Positions 40,142 through 50,076 of a stretch of DNA of 64,000 nucleotides are shown here, one piece after another; the stretch's first letter is position 1, and each line of letters opens with the position of its first letter. Both the position numbers and the translations under genes were made by a program. Origin of the DNA: Syntrophomonadaceae bacterium (lineage in GTDB: Bacteria > Bacillota > Dethiobacteria > DTU022 > UBA8154); NCBI GenBank assembly GCA_003563385.1, contig PWRZ01000181.1, positions 3,146-67,145 on the forward strand, in the 5' to 3' direction. The notes below the pieces were generated by a model, which saw nothing but the letters and a program-made list of their open reading frames with translations, was not told where the DNA came from and did not search any database.

Positions 40142-40171
40142 GCTATTTACTCAAAATATGGAGGGTTAAAA

Positions 40172-40540
40172 ATGGTACGACAAAGGGCACAAAGGCTTGC
40201 GGAGCAGATCAAAAAAGAGGTAAGCGAGATCATTCAACTGGAATTAAAAGATCCCGGTTTGGTAAGAATGATGAGCATTACATCGGTTGAGGCTTCCAGG
40301 GACCTGCGCCATACCAAGATTTTTGTGAGTATATACGGGAGCAAGGAGGAGCAGGAGAAGATACTGAAAATACTGGAAAAAGCCAGCGGATTTATTCGCA
40401 CGGAGATAGGTAAAAGGATCCGCCTCCGGCATGTACCGGAAATTGAATTTCGCATCGACAGTTCTATTGAGTACGGCGATCATATTGAGCGCATGCTTAG
40501 AGACCTTGATGTGAAACCAGGAGCTGATAATCCGAGGTGA
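40172..40540 (+). CDS. rbfA: Ribosome-binding factor A
   Basis: ..RAQRLAEQIKKEVSEII...LVRMMSITSVEASRDLRHTKIFVS.. 122 aa. Confidence 0.85.
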   Translation: MVRQRAQRLAEQIKKEVSEIIQLELKDPGLVRMMSITSVEASRDLRHTKIFVSIYGSKEEQEKILKILEKASGFIRTEIGKRIRLRHVPEIEFRIDSSIEYGDHIERMLRDLDVKPGADNPR

Positions 40541-41517
40541 AAAGTGCCAGCACTTGCTCACTCCTGAACAGGTATGACCAGTTTTACATTTTTACCCACG
40601 TAAGGCCGGATGGTGATGCAATAGGGTCTTCCCTGGCATGGGGCAGAGCCCTCCGGCTCGCGGGGAAGAGTGTGCAAATATTTTGTCCCGGTGTAATCCC
40701 CGATAAGTATCTTTTTCTTCCCCGTGCCGGCGAGATCAGGGACCGGGTGCCGGACGGGAACGGGGCTGTTCCTGCTTTTGTACTTGACTGCAGCGACCTG
40801 AACAGGCTGGACTACATGAAGGAAAAGGTCCAGGAGCTGGGTGAGATAGTGAACATAGACCACCACGTTACCAACGAGAATTTTGGTGATTACAATATTG
40901 TAGACACCTCCTCGTCGGCAACGGCTGAAATAATATACGACCTGATCGGTGAATGCGGTTTTAAGCTGGACCGGGAAATCAGCCTTTGCCTTTATGCGGC
41001 CATTTCTTCAGATACCGGATCCTTCAAGTATGAGAATACTACTCCGCGTACCATGCGCATAGCCGGGAATTTACTGGAATATAATTTAAACCCTTCCGTG
41101 GTGAGCCGGAAGCTGTTTGACGAGTATCCTCTTTCCACCATTATGCTTTTACGGGACGCCCTGGCAACCCTGCGGTTTGAAGAAGAGCAAAAAATTGCCT
41201 GGATGAGTGTTACGGCGGAAATGATCGCTGTAAATGGAGCAAGGCCGGAGGAACTGGAGAGCTTTGTTAATTACGTCCGCAATATAGAGGGTGTTGCGGT
41301 GGGGATATTATTTTACCATACTGGAAACGGGGAAACGAAAGTAGGACTGCGCTCCAATACCGTTGACGTTGCCGCCATTGCCTGGGAGCTGGGCGGCGGT
41401 GGACACCCGCGCGCTTCGGGCTGCACTATTTCAGGTGATGCTTCTACGGTAGAGAAAAAAGTAATAGATCTTATTAAGGTTTTTATAAGTGAGAACGGTA
41501 CACCAGCGGTTGAATAG
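40537..41517 (+). CDS. nrnA: DHH-family phosphoesterase (NrnA-like bifunctional oligoribonuclease/pAp phosphatase)
   Basis: ..HVRPDGDAIGSSLA.., NIDHH, and DHHA1 C-terminus (GGGHPRASGC). Confidence 0.8.
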   Translation: MKSASTCSLLNRYDQFYIFTHVRPDGDAIGSSLAWGRALRLAGKSVQIFCPGVIPDKYLFLPRAGEIRDRVPDGNGAVPAFVLDCSDLNRLDYMKEKVQELGEIVNIDHHVTNENFGDYNIVDTSSSATAEIIYDLIGECGFKLDREISLCLYAAISSDTGSFKYENTTPRTMRIAGNLLEYNLNPSVVSRKLFDEYPLSTIMLLRDALATLRFEEEQKIAWMSVTAEMIAVNGARPEELESFVNYVRNIEGVAVGILFYHTGNGETKVGLRSNTVDVAAIAWELGGGGHPRASGCTISGDASTVEKKVIDLIKVFISENGTPAVE

Positions 41518-41540
41518 ATAGATCTGTTAGGAGAATTATA

Positions 41541-42470
41541 TTGCACGGCTTTATAAATATTTTAAAACCTCCCGGAATGACTTCACATGACGTTGTCGTT
41601 TTCGTCAGGAAAATATACCGCAATTCCAGGGTTGGCCATGGCGGGACACTGGACCCCGGAGCAGCCGGGGTTTTGCCGATCATGGTCGGAAAAGCTACCA
41701 GGCTTTCTTCGATACTGCTGGACTACCCCAAGGTTTACCGGGCGGAGCTGAAGCTTGGCACAGTTACAGATACAGACGACTGTTCCGGCAGGGTGCTGTC
41801 CCAAAAAGACGTCCCGGCCCTCAAACTGGAGGATATAGAAGCTGTCCTGGACCGGTTCAGGGGAAATATCAGGCAGCTGCCGCCCATGGTTTCAGCAGTG
41901 AAGGTAAAAGGCAAGAAGCTCTACCAGTACGCCCGCCAGGGGGCTGTAGTTGAACGAAAGCCGAGGGAGGTAAAAATATATTCACTGAATGTGGTCAAAT
42001 ACGTTCCCCCGGAAAGGGTGCTGCTGGAGGCAGACTGTTCAAAGGGCACCTACATGAGGGTTCTCTGCGCGCAGATAGGTGAAGAACTCCGCTGTGGAGG
42101 ACATATGTCCTTCCTGCTGCGCAAAAAAGCGGGCCGTTTTGAACTGCCGGAGGCATATACACTGGAAGAGGTGGATTATTACCGCAGAAACCTGCGCTTA
42201 AATGAAATTCTGCTCCCTGTTGATTATGTGCTGGCAGATATGGATAAGCTGCTGCTGGGAAAGCACAGTGTAAAACGTTTGTGCCAGGGGGGGCACCTCT
42301 CGCTGGAAGCAGTGTTACAAGAAACGGGAGATACCATACCCGGACCTGTTGACGGGAAGCTAGTGCCGGTATATACTACAAAAAAGGAATTTGTGGCCCT
42401 GGCAAGGTGGAAGTCAGTAGGTAAAAGCGTATTTTTGTTGAAACCGGAAAAAGTTTTCAAGTCAATCTAG
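41541..42470 (+). CDS. truB: tRNA pseudouridine(55) synthase
   Basis: GFINILKPPGMTSHDVV..VGHGGTLDPGAAGVLPI with the catalytic Asp. C-terminal PUA domain. Confidence 0.85.
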   Translation: MHGFINILKPPGMTSHDVVVFVRKIYRNSRVGHGGTLDPGAAGVLPIMVGKATRLSSILLDYPKVYRAELKLGTVTDTDDCSGRVLSQKDVPALKLEDIEAVLDRFRGNIRQLPPMVSAVKVKGKKLYQYARQGAVVERKPREVKIYSLNVVKYVPPERVLLEADCSKGTYMRVLCAQIGEELRCGGHMSFLLRKKAGRFELPEAYTLEEVDYYRRNLRLNEILLPVDYVLADMDKLLLGKHSVKRLCQGGHLSLEAVLQETGDTIPGPVDGKLVPVYTTKKEFVALARWKSVGKSVFLLKPEKVFKSI

Positions 42471-42476
42471 AACAGG

Positions 42477-43451
42477 GTGAATTTGATGGAAACAATATAC
42501 GGTGCAGGCAATGCGGATATTTATAACAACGGCAGGTTGATTATCGCTCTCGGCAATTTTGACGGACTGCACCTGGCCCACAGGGAAATTATTAAAAGGG
42601 CCAGGCAAAAGGCCGTGGAAGAAGGCCTCAAGAGCGCCGTTTTTACCCTTGACCCTCATCCCGTTAAGGTGCTGTACCCTCATAAAAACGTACTCCTTCT
42701 GTCCACGCTCCAGGAAAGAGCAGAAAAAATGAGCAGCATGGGTATAGATTACCTCATCGTGGAGAGGTTTACAAAAGAGCTCTCTACCGTACCTCCCTTC
42801 CAGTTTGTCCGCAATTACCTTGTCGATACCATGAAGGCGGCAGGCGTGGTTGTGGGCTTTGATTATACCTTTGGACGGAGGGGCAGGGGGAGTGCCGCCG
42901 ATTTACTGAGATGGGGACAGAAATTTAATTTCATGGTCGATATTGTTCCGCCGGTAACAGTGGGCAGCGAGGTTGTAAGCAGTTCCCTGATCAGGATCCT
43001 GCTGGCCAAAGGAGAAGTGGAAGAAGCTTCCCGTTACCTGGGTTACTGTTTCGAAAGAAGAGGAAGGGTAATCCACGGCGAAGGAAGGGGTAAAATAATC
43101 GGCTATCCTACTGCCAACCTCGATATTGCCCCACAGCTTCTGCTTCCGGCAAAAGGTGTTTACCTCAGCGAAGTATCCTGGAAAAACCGCAAGTTGTTTG
43201 GCCTCACCAATATAGGCAGCAAACCCACATTTAACAGCGGCAATGAAACCTGTGTAGAGGTTCACCTGCTCGATTTCGAGGGCAATCTTTACGGCGAAGA
43301 ATTAAAAGTTGTCTTTTTGCAGAGAATTAGGGAAGAAAAGGCTTTTTGTGATGCCGGTAAATTAAAAAAACAGATCGAGCAGGACTTAGCCTTCGCGCGC
43401 AAGTATATCGAGAACAAGTACTCCGATTTGAAAGAGAAGCAGTGTATCTGA
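42477..43451 (+). CDS. ribF: Bifunctional riboflavin kinase / FMN adenylyltransferase
   Basis: ..LIIALGNFDGLHLAHREII.. FAD-synthetase N-terminus and riboflavin-kinase C-terminus (..GYPTANL..). Confidence 0.85.
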   Translation: MNLMETIYGAGNADIYNNGRLIIALGNFDGLHLAHREIIKRARQKAVEEGLKSAVFTLDPHPVKVLYPHKNVLLLSTLQERAEKMSSMGIDYLIVERFTKELSTVPPFQFVRNYLVDTMKAAGVVVGFDYTFGRRGRGSAADLLRWGQKFNFMVDIVPPVTVGSEVVSSSLIRILLAKGEVEEASRYLGYCFERRGRVIHGEGRGKIIGYPTANLDIAPQLLLPAKGVYLSEVSWKNRKLFGLTNIGSKPTFNSGNETCVEVHLLDFEGNLYGEELKVVFLQRIREEKAFCDAGKLKKQIEQDLAFARKYIENKYSDLKEKQCI

Positions 43452-43474
43452 AAGGGGGCCGCTTGCTGTCTTAT

Positions 43475-43503
43475 TTACAAAACCGGCACGGTATGATAAA
43501 ATT
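43475..43503 (+). promoter_or_regulatory. Sigma-A promoter of rpsO (TTTACA-17-TAAAAT with TG extension). A duplicated GGGAGGCTTAG leader follows
   Basis: TTTACAaaaccggcacggtatgaTAAAAT. The leader carries GGGAGGCTTAG-GGGAGGCTTAG (~43516-43537) before the rpsO ATG. Confidence 0.5.
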
Positions 43504-43550
43504 TCCTTGTCTCAGGGAGGCTTAGGGAGGCTTAGAAGGGGGTGAAGCAT

Positions 43551-43820
43551 ATGGCTTTGTTAGGCGGGACAAAAAAGAACATCATTGAACAGTACAAGAT
43601 TCACGATAATGATACCGGTTCCCCGGAGATTCAAGTCGCTATCCTGACCAATAGAATAAACCAGCTGACCGACCACCTTAAAACTCACAAGAAAGACTTT
43701 CATTCAAGGCGTGGACTGCTCAAAATGGTTGGTAAAAGGCGCGGCCTTTTGAATTATTTAAAAGAAAAAGAGCCCGAAAGATACCGCAGCATTATAGAAA
43801 GACTCGGTTTAAGAAAGTAG
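43551..43820 (+). CDS. rpsO: 30S ribosomal protein S15
   Basis: [57 protein letters not shown]... 89 aa. The ORF-track start 43542 adds three codons and is probably not used. Confidence 0.9.
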   Translation: MALLGGTKKNIIEQYKIHDNDTGSPEIQVAILTNRINQLTDHLKTHKKDFHSRRGLLKMVGKRRGLLNYLKEKEPERYRSIIERLGLRK

Positions 43821-43828
43821 TATGACAT

Positions 43829-43860
43829 GCTGGAGCGGGGCTTTATCCCGCTTTTCTGCA
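43829..43860 (+). terminator. Stem-loop between rpsO and pnp (partial terminator / pnp leader structure)
   Basis: AGCGGG-gctttat-CCCGCT stem followed by TTTCTG. Confidence 0.45.
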
Positions 43861-43880
43861 GAAAAAAGGAGGAATGCTGA

Positions 43881-46064
43881 TTGGAGATCTTTGAACATGA
43901 AATAGCTGGCAAAAAGCTTTCAATGGAAACCGGAAAAGTTGCCGGCCAGGCCAGCGGCGCGGTAATGATGCGTTACGGTGACACAGCACTTTTGGTTACG
44001 GCTACTGTTTCCGATCAACCCAGGGAAGGGATAGATTTTTTCCCATTGACCGTAGACTACGAAGAAAGGCTCTACGCCGTGGGCAGGATACCGGGTGGCT
44101 TTATAAAAAGGGAAGGCCGGCCCACCGAAAAGGCCATCCTGGCGGCCAGGCTTACCGACCGGCCCCTCAGGCCGCTTTTCCCGGGAAATTTTCGCTACCC
44201 CGTGCATATTGTTGTTACGGTGCTCTCCGTTGACCAGGACTGTATCCCGGAGCCTCTTGCCATTACCGGTGCCTCCGCCGCACTGTCAATTTCCAAAATT
44301 CCATTTGACGGCCCTATTGCCGCAGTAAACGTAGGTATTGTTGACGGCAAGCCGGTTATAAACCCCACTGTGGAGCAGAGCGAGCAGAGCACACTTAACC
44401 TTGTGGTGGCCGGTACGGAAGATGCCATCATGATGGTGGAGGCCAGCGCCGACGAGGTTACTGAAGAAGAGGTGCTGGATGCTCTGATGAAGGGCCACGA
44501 AGCTATCAAGGAACTGATTGAAACGCAGAAGGAAATGGTAGACAGAGTGGGCCGGGAGAAGATGAAAGTGGAGCCCTTCGAGCCGGACCCGGTTATAAAA
44601 GAAGAAGTGGAAAGGCATTGTGAAGACCTCGTCGGAGAGGCCTTGAAGATTGAAGAGAAGCAGGAAAGAGAAACAGCCCTCAATAACGCCAGGACTGGGA
44701 CAATGGAACATTTCCTGGAGCTTTACCCCGAGAATGAGCGGGACATAAAAACAACCATTGGCAGCCTCATAAAGAGGACCATGCGCAGCATGATTTTAAA
44801 GGAAAAGGTGCGGACCGACGGGAGAAGAAGTGATGAAATAAGGCAAATATCCTGCGAGGCGGGGCTTTTCAAGCGCACCCATGGTTCATCACTGTTTACC
44901 AGGGGGCAGACGCAGGTACTGAACATCTGCACGCTCGGTGCACTGAGGGATGTACAGATGCTGGACGGCCTCGGTATTGAAGAGTCGAAAAGGTTTATGC
45001 ACCATTATAATTTCCCGCCCTACAGCGTCGGCGAAGCAGGATTTATGCGCGGGCCGGGCAGGCGAGAGATAGGGCATGGGGCGCTGGCTGAAAGAGCGCT
45101 TGAACCGGTTATTCCCGGTGAAGATGAATTCCCCTATACCCTGCGCCTCGTTTCGGAGGTGCTGGAATCGAACGGCTCTACATCAATGGGCAGTGTCTGT
45201 GCCGCCACTCTTTCCCTGATGGATGCCGGTGTTCCGATAAAGTCGCCGGTTTCGGGTATAGCAATGGGATTGATCAAGGAGGAAGATGATATCGCCGTGC
45301 TTTCCGATATTCAGGGCATGGAGGATTTTCTCGGTGACATGGACTTTAAGGTTGCCGGTACAAGAAACGGCATCACGGCGCTGCAGATGGATATTAAGGT
45401 CAGGGGACTTTCGCGGGAAATACTGGCTGAAGCATTGAGCAGGGCGAAAGAGAGCTATCTTTTCATACTGGACAGGATGATAGAAACAATCAGCGAGCCC
45501 AGGCCGAAGCTTTCAGAGTACGCGCCGCGTATTATTACCTTGCAGATAGACATTGAAAAAATCCGCGATGTTATCGGGCCCGGGGGTAGGATCATCAACA
45601 AGATCATCGCCGAGACCGGTGCCGAAATCAACATAGAGAACGATGGAAGGATCTATATAGTATCCCGTGATGCTCAATCAGGGGAAAAAGCACAGAAGAT
45701 TATTGAGAACCTCACCGCCGACGCTGAGCCCGGACGTGTTTACCTGGGCAAGGTCACGCGCACCGAAAAATACGGTGCTTTCGTGGAAATAATCCCGGGG
45801 AAAGAAGGTCTTGTCCACATTTCCCACCTCGAAAAATACAGGGTAGACAAGACCGAAGACGTGGTAAACGTCGGTGACCAGGTAATGGTCAAGGTTCTCG
45901 ATATTGACGACCGCGGAAGAATCAACCTGTCACGTAAAGAGGCACTTCCCCCGGATGAACGGGGAGAAGGTGGAGACAAAAAAGTGCAGGAGCGAAGCAG
46001 AGATAACGATAACAAAAAGGTGGCCAGTTTTTCTAAGAACAGACCTTACAAGAAAAAGACATAA
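43881..46064 (+). CDS. pnp: Polyribonucleotide nucleotidyltransferase (PNPase)
   Basis: Two RNase PH domains, KH and S1 (..[20 protein letters not shown]..). 727 aa. TTG start. Confidence 0.9.
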   Translation: MEIFEHEIAGKKLSMETGKVAGQASGAVMMRYGDTALLVTATVSDQPREGIDFFPLTVDYEERLYAVGRIPGGFIKREGRPTEKAILAARLTDRPLRPLFPGNFRYPVHIVVTVLSVDQDCIPEPLAITGASAALSISKIPFDGPIAAVNVGIVDGKPVINPTVEQSEQSTLNLVVAGTEDAIMMVEASADEVTEEEVLDALMKGHEAIKELIETQKEMVDRVGREKMKVEPFEPDPVIKEEVERHCEDLVGEALKIEEKQERETALNNARTGTMEHFLELYPENERDIKTTIGSLIKRTMRSMILKEKVRTDGRRSDEIRQISCEAGLFKRTHGSSLFTRGQTQVLNICTLGALRDVQMLDGLGIEESKRFMHHYNFPPYSVGEAGFMRGPGRREIGHGALAERALEPVIPGEDEFPYTLRLVSEVLESNGSTSMGSVCAATLSLMDAGVPIKSPVSGIAMGLIKEEDDIAVLSDIQGMEDFLGDMDFKVAGTRNGITALQMDIKVRGLSREILAEALSRAKESYLFILDRMIETISEPRPKLSEYAPRIITLQIDIEKIRDVIGPGGRIINKIIAETGAEINIENDGRIYIVSRDAQSGEKAQKIIENLTADAEPGRVYLGKVTRTEKYGAFVEIIPGKEGLVHISHLEKYRVDKTEDVVNVGDQVMVKVLDIDDRGRINLSRKEALPPDERGEGGDKKVQERSRDNDNKKVASFSKNRPYKKKT

Positions 46065-46183
46065 GCCGTTAAGGTTTATGTTTTTTTTATGTACGGGCAT
46101 ATTTATCACCGCCGGGTAATATTAATAGTAAACATTAAAGAAAGGGACTTAATCGATAATGAGAAATTATTGGCCCTTTTTTT

Positions 46184-46846
46184 TTGCTGGCCCTGGTACT
46201 GATTGCTGTTTTTAGCTTAAGCATGAATCCTTACTATCCTCCACCTGTATACCAGGTTGAAGGCCTCGGTAAGGAAGTTTTTTTTACTTTTAACGTCCTC
46301 TGGGAAAAAAAACACCTGCCTGCCATTCTCGACTTCCTGGAAGAGCGCCAAATAAAAGCGGTGTTTTTTGTCTCCGGGGAGTGGCTGAGCAGCTACCCGG
46401 AAGAAGCTGCGGACATAATTGAGAACGGGCATTACCTCGGCGGAAGGTTATTTTCCCAGCACCGCCTTTTACTACTGGAGGAAAAAAAAGTTATCAAGGA
46501 AATAGAAACCTTTAATCAATTGAGCATGGAGTTGCTGGACTACAGGCCGCTTTTTTTCAGGCCCCCGTACGGCGATTATAATGACGCCGCAGTTCGAATT
46601 GCCGGGGATTTTAACTGTGTGACCCTGTTGTGGAGTATCAACGCTTTAATGCTTTCGGAAGCAGATGCCGGTTTGCTAAATACCCGGCTTGAAGAACGAC
46701 TGCACAGCGGGGCGGTTATACTTTTCCACACTGCCTCACCGCAGATCCACGAATTGCTGCCCGAATTGGTTAATTTTCTGGAATGGAAGGGCTATTCCAT
46801 AGCCTCTCCCGAAGTGATACTGGAATACTCCGGCATTTCGTACTGA
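46184..46846 (+). CDS. Polysaccharide deacetylase family protein (NodB homology; sporulation PdaB/YlxY-like). The true start is probably the upstream ATG ~46159, reached through a T-homopolymer frameshift
   Basis: NodB-domain motifs (..FFTFNVLWEKKHLPAILDFLEERQIKAVFFVSGEW..). See the finding on the T9 run. Confidence 0.7.
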   Translation: MLALVLIAVFSLSMNPYYPPPVYQVEGLGKEVFFTFNVLWEKKHLPAILDFLEERQIKAVFFVSGEWLSSYPEEAADIIENGHYLGGRLFSQHRLLLLEEKKVIKEIETFNQLSMELLDYRPLFFRPPYGDYNDAAVRIAGDFNCVTLLWSINALMLSEADAGLLNTRLEERLHSGAVILFHTASPQIHELLPELVNFLEWKGYSIASPEVILEYSGISY

Positions 46847-46921
46847 AGCCGCCGGCCGAAGCTGCCGTTTAAATCGGCCCGGCCCTGATGCGCCGGAGGT
46901 ATCGGTGGGAAGGAGCCTACC

Positions 46922-47932
46922 TTGTTCATTGTATTTATTTCTACAAAAACGAGGATAACAGGGATTCTTCTGCTGCTTGCTGTAGCGGCCCTGTTTTTAT
47001 GCAAAGGAAGCATTGTCAATTATTTTTGCGGTGTTAAGCGCGGTGTTACATTTATGGAGCTGGAAATGGGCGGGTTATCAAGGGAAAAGGTAAATGAGAT
47101 AGTGGCGGCCAGGTTGGGCGAGTGGCTGCTCAGTCCTGTCGATGCCCACTTTGATGCCCACTCCAATTCTGTTGTGCCGGAGCTGTGGGGTTACACCGTG
47201 GATACGGCAGAAACCGTCGACCGCATTATGGAGGCACCTGAAGGGACAGCGGTACTGCCGGTGCTGGTTCCGCAGCTTCCTGCTATAAAAATGGATGATT
47301 ACCCGGCTGCTGTCATAAGCCGGGGTAACCCCCTGAAAAAAGAGATAGCCTTTATGATAAATGTAGCCTGGGGGACTGAGTTTATTGTCCCAATGCTGGA
47401 AGTACTTCAGTATGAAGAGGCCCTGGGCTCATTTTTTGTAGTGGGCAGGTGGGCGTACCAGGAAGAAGACATGGCTAGAGAAATTGCCGAGAGGGGCCAC
47501 CTTATTGCCAACCATGGTCATACCGATGCTGTGGTCTACAGTGAGCTTTCCGCCGAAGACTGCCGCCGGGGGCTTGTGGAGGTAAATGACTACATTGAGC
47601 AGGTTACCGGGAAAAAACCACGTTACTTTACTCCTCACAAGGGCGAGTACAACCGGCTGGTTCTGGAAGTCGCTTCACGGGAGGGCATGCGTACGCTTCT
47701 GTGGTCTATTGACACCGTGGACTGGATGGAACCCGGTGTAGAAAAAATGAAGTCCAGGGTCCTGGATAATCTTCACGGCGGGGCCATAGTGCTCATGCAT
47801 CCAACCCGTGACACGGTTATTTTTCTGCGGGAGACAATACCGCTTATAAAGAGCAGGGGTTTTGATATTGTAACGGTGGAACAGCTGTTGAACCCTGATT
47901 ACCCTCCCGCACTGCTGCAGGCAGGAAAATGA
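46922..47932 (+). CDS. Polysaccharide deacetylase family protein with an N-terminal membrane anchor
   Basis: N-terminal TM (GILLLLAVAALFLC), NodB catalytic region (..IANHGHTDAV.., ..LWSIDTVDW..). Confidence 0.7.
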   Translation: MFIVFISTKTRITGILLLLAVAALFLCKGSIVNYFCGVKRGVTFMELEMGGLSREKVNEIVAARLGEWLLSPVDAHFDAHSNSVVPELWGYTVDTAETVDRIMEAPEGTAVLPVLVPQLPAIKMDDYPAAVISRGNPLKKEIAFMINVAWGTEFIVPMLEVLQYEEALGSFFVVGRWAYQEEDMAREIAERGHLIANHGHTDAVVYSELSAEDCRRGLVEVNDYIEQVTGKKPRYFTPHKGEYNRLVLEVASREGMRTLLWSIDTVDWMEPGVEKMKSRVLDNLHGGAIVLMHPTRDTVIFLRETIPLIKSRGFDIVTVEQLLNPDYPPALLQAGK

Positions 47933-48762
47933 GAAAGACGATTGTCCTCATTATTAACAGTACTGTTCTATCAGTGTTGCTGTTAATAATCCTTAGCGGT
48001 TACCTGGCTTTTAACTTCCGTGACAGTTATAATAGGTTGAGGTATGGTGTAAGCGAGGGGGTCTGCCTGGAAAATATACCGCTTCAAAACATGCTCGAAG
48101 ACGAGGTAACCAGGCTACTGGAAGATTTAAACAGGGAGCGATTCCAGCGTCCCCGTAATGCCTACCTGGACAGCGCCTCCGGTGAAATCCTTCCGGAAGT
48201 GTCGGGCAGGAAAATCGATGTTCATGTTACAGGGAAACTGATCATGAACGCAGAGCCGTATGAGACGGTCTTTCCGGTTTATATAATGCTTGACCCGGAA
48301 ATTACCGCCGATGTCTATAGAAACATTAACAGTAGATTAGGTTCTTTCCGGACCTGGTACGGGGGAGGCGGCAGGGGTGTAAACATCAGGCTGGCCGCAA
48401 ACTCACTAAATTATTATCTCATTGCCCCGGGAGAGGTTTTTTCATTTAATGCGGCTACCGGCCCGCGTGTACCTGAAAGGGGGTATAGGATGGCACCGAT
48501 TATTGTCGGGGGTGCCGTTGTCCCCGGGTACGGGGGAGGGGTATGCCAGGTTTCAACAACGCTGTATAACGCCGTGTTAAACGCGGGGCTGGAGGTCGTG
48601 GAGCGCTTTCCGCACAGCAGGCCGGTGGACTATGTCCCCAGGGGAAGGGATGCTACCGTTTCCAATTACCTTGACTTTAAATTCAGGAACAACACGGACC
48701 GGTTTAAAATGATCTGGGCTTCGTCTTACGGTGCCTGCCTGGAGATATCAATATGGGAATAA
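47929..48762 (+). CDS. VanW family protein
   Basis: N-terminal TM and VanW-domain signature ..GGGVCQVSTTLYNAVLNAGL.. Confidence 0.75.
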   Translation: MRKTIVLIINSTVLSVLLLIILSGYLAFNFRDSYNRLRYGVSEGVCLENIPLQNMLEDEVTRLLEDLNRERFQRPRNAYLDSASGEILPEVSGRKIDVHVTGKLIMNAEPYETVFPVYIMLDPEITADVYRNINSRLGSFRTWYGGGGRGVNIRLAANSLNYYLIAPGEVFSFNAATGPRVPERGYRMAPIIVGGAVVPGYGGGVCQVSTTLYNAVLNAGLEVVERFPHSRPVDYVPRGRDATVSNYLDFKFRNNTDRFKMIWASSYGACLEISIWE

Positions 48763-48785
48763 AATTCTAAAGCGGGTGATTAAAA

Positions 48786-49241
48786 TTGCCAAAAGAAGAA
48801 GTGGTAAATGTAAAGATTGTCACGCTGCCGCACGGCAAAAACCTTGCACTGCCGTCTTATATGAGTAAGGGAGCTTCCGGTATGGACCTTTACGCCGCAG
48901 TTGAAAAAGATGTTGTCATATACACGGGAAAGTTCCAGCTGATTCCCACCGGCGTAGCGGTGGCCATCCCATCGCGGTACGAGGGGCAGGTGCGCCCAAG
49001 GAGCGGACTGGCCCTGAAACACGGCCTTACCCTCTTAAATACTCCTGGAACGATAGATTCAGACTATCGCGGAGAGGTAAAGGTACTGCTTCTTAACCTA
49101 GGCGCTGAAAGCTACACCGTTAAAAAGGGGGAACGTATAGCCCAGCTGGTAATCCAGGCACTGCCGGAAGTTAATCTTTCCGAGGTGGACGAGCTTCCTC
49201 CCACCGGGCGTGGTGAAGGGGGCTTTGGACATACCGGGTAA
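48786..49241 (+). CDS. dut: dUTP diphosphatase
   Basis: ..SKGASGMDLYA..., ..RSGLALKHGL.., ..GTIDSDYRGEVKVLL.. dUTPase motifs. Confidence 0.85.
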   Translation: MPKEEVVNVKIVTLPHGKNLALPSYMSKGASGMDLYAAVEKDVVIYTGKFQLIPTGVAVAIPSRYEGQVRPRSGLALKHGLTLLNTPGTIDSDYRGEVKVLLLNLGAESYTVKKGERIAQLVIQALPEVNLSEVDELPPTGRGEGGFGHTG

Positions 49242-49328
49242 CTGCAGACCTCTCTTCACAAATGCATAGAAGTGACCCGCTTGGAAATAATACAGTTAAA
49301 CTTACAACTTGCACCAGGAGGGTTTAAA

Positions 49329-49835
49329 ATGGCAAAAGCGGTAATAGGCGTATTTAGCAGCGAAGAGAGGGCCAAAGAAGCTGTTAACGATCTGAAAAGA
49401 CAGGGATTTGATGAAAAAGAAATATCATTAATAGCGAAGGAAAAAAGGGCTAAAGGGGCAGGCGGCGAAGAGGGTGAAAGAGATTTCGGCGGCGAAATGA
49501 CCATGGGTGAACAGAATATATCCGACGGGGTGCTGACCGGCGGGGCTATAGGCGGTATTGCCGGAGTCCTGGCAGGTGCCGGCGCTCTGCTGATACCGGG
49601 TGTAGGGCCTATCATTGCAGCCGGTCCCCTGGCCGCATTTCTTACCGGTATGGTCGGAGGAGGCCTGGTCGGAGGCCTGGTAGACTTCGGTATACCGGAA
49701 GAGAGGGGACGTCATTTCGAGGAGAGGGTCAGGCAGGGTGATATACTGGTAACCCTTAAGGTTGAAGAAGAGCAGGTCCGCAAGGTTTCTTCTCTACTGG
49801 AGCGCTACGGGGCAGAAGACGTAGAAGCTCACTGA
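49329..49835 (+). CDS. General stress protein, YflT/GSP17M-like N-domain plus glycine-zipper segment
   Basis: MAKAVIGVFSSEERAKEAVNDLKRQGFDEKEISLIAKE N-domain, then GGAIGGIAGVLAGAGALLIPGVGPIIAAGPLAAFLTGMVGGGLVGG. ATG 49329 with a GGAGG Shine-Dalgarno. Confidence 0.55.
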   Translation: MAKAVIGVFSSEERAKEAVNDLKRQGFDEKEISLIAKEKRAKGAGGEEGERDFGGEMTMGEQNISDGVLTGGAIGGIAGVLAGAGALLIPGVGPIIAAGPLAAFLTGMVGGGLVGGLVDFGIPEERGRHFEERVRQGDILVTLKVEEEQVRKVSSLLERYGAEDVEAH

Positions 49836-49847
49836 AATCCACTGCCG

Positions 49848-49892
49848 CTGTAAAAAAAGGGGGAAAGCGAAAGCGGCTTTCCCCTGTTTAAA
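49848..49892. terminator. Stem-loop terminator (A-run / stem / T-run, potentially bidirectional)
   Basis: aaaaaaaGGGGGAAAGC-gaaagcg-GCTTTCCCCtgttt. Confidence 0.45.
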
Positions 49893-50076
49893 TATATTCC
49901 ATCTGCACCACTGAAGACAATAAAATGCGCCGGCAACGGCGTGTTTTAGTTTGTACGCGGGCGGGATTAAGCTCACATTATCTCTTTATCCTTCATAACA
50001 TATACAATAAGGAAGTTATTGTAACCTGGGCGCTGGGAGCAAAGCTTCCAGACTGCCAGGGGGAGGATTATGCGCT

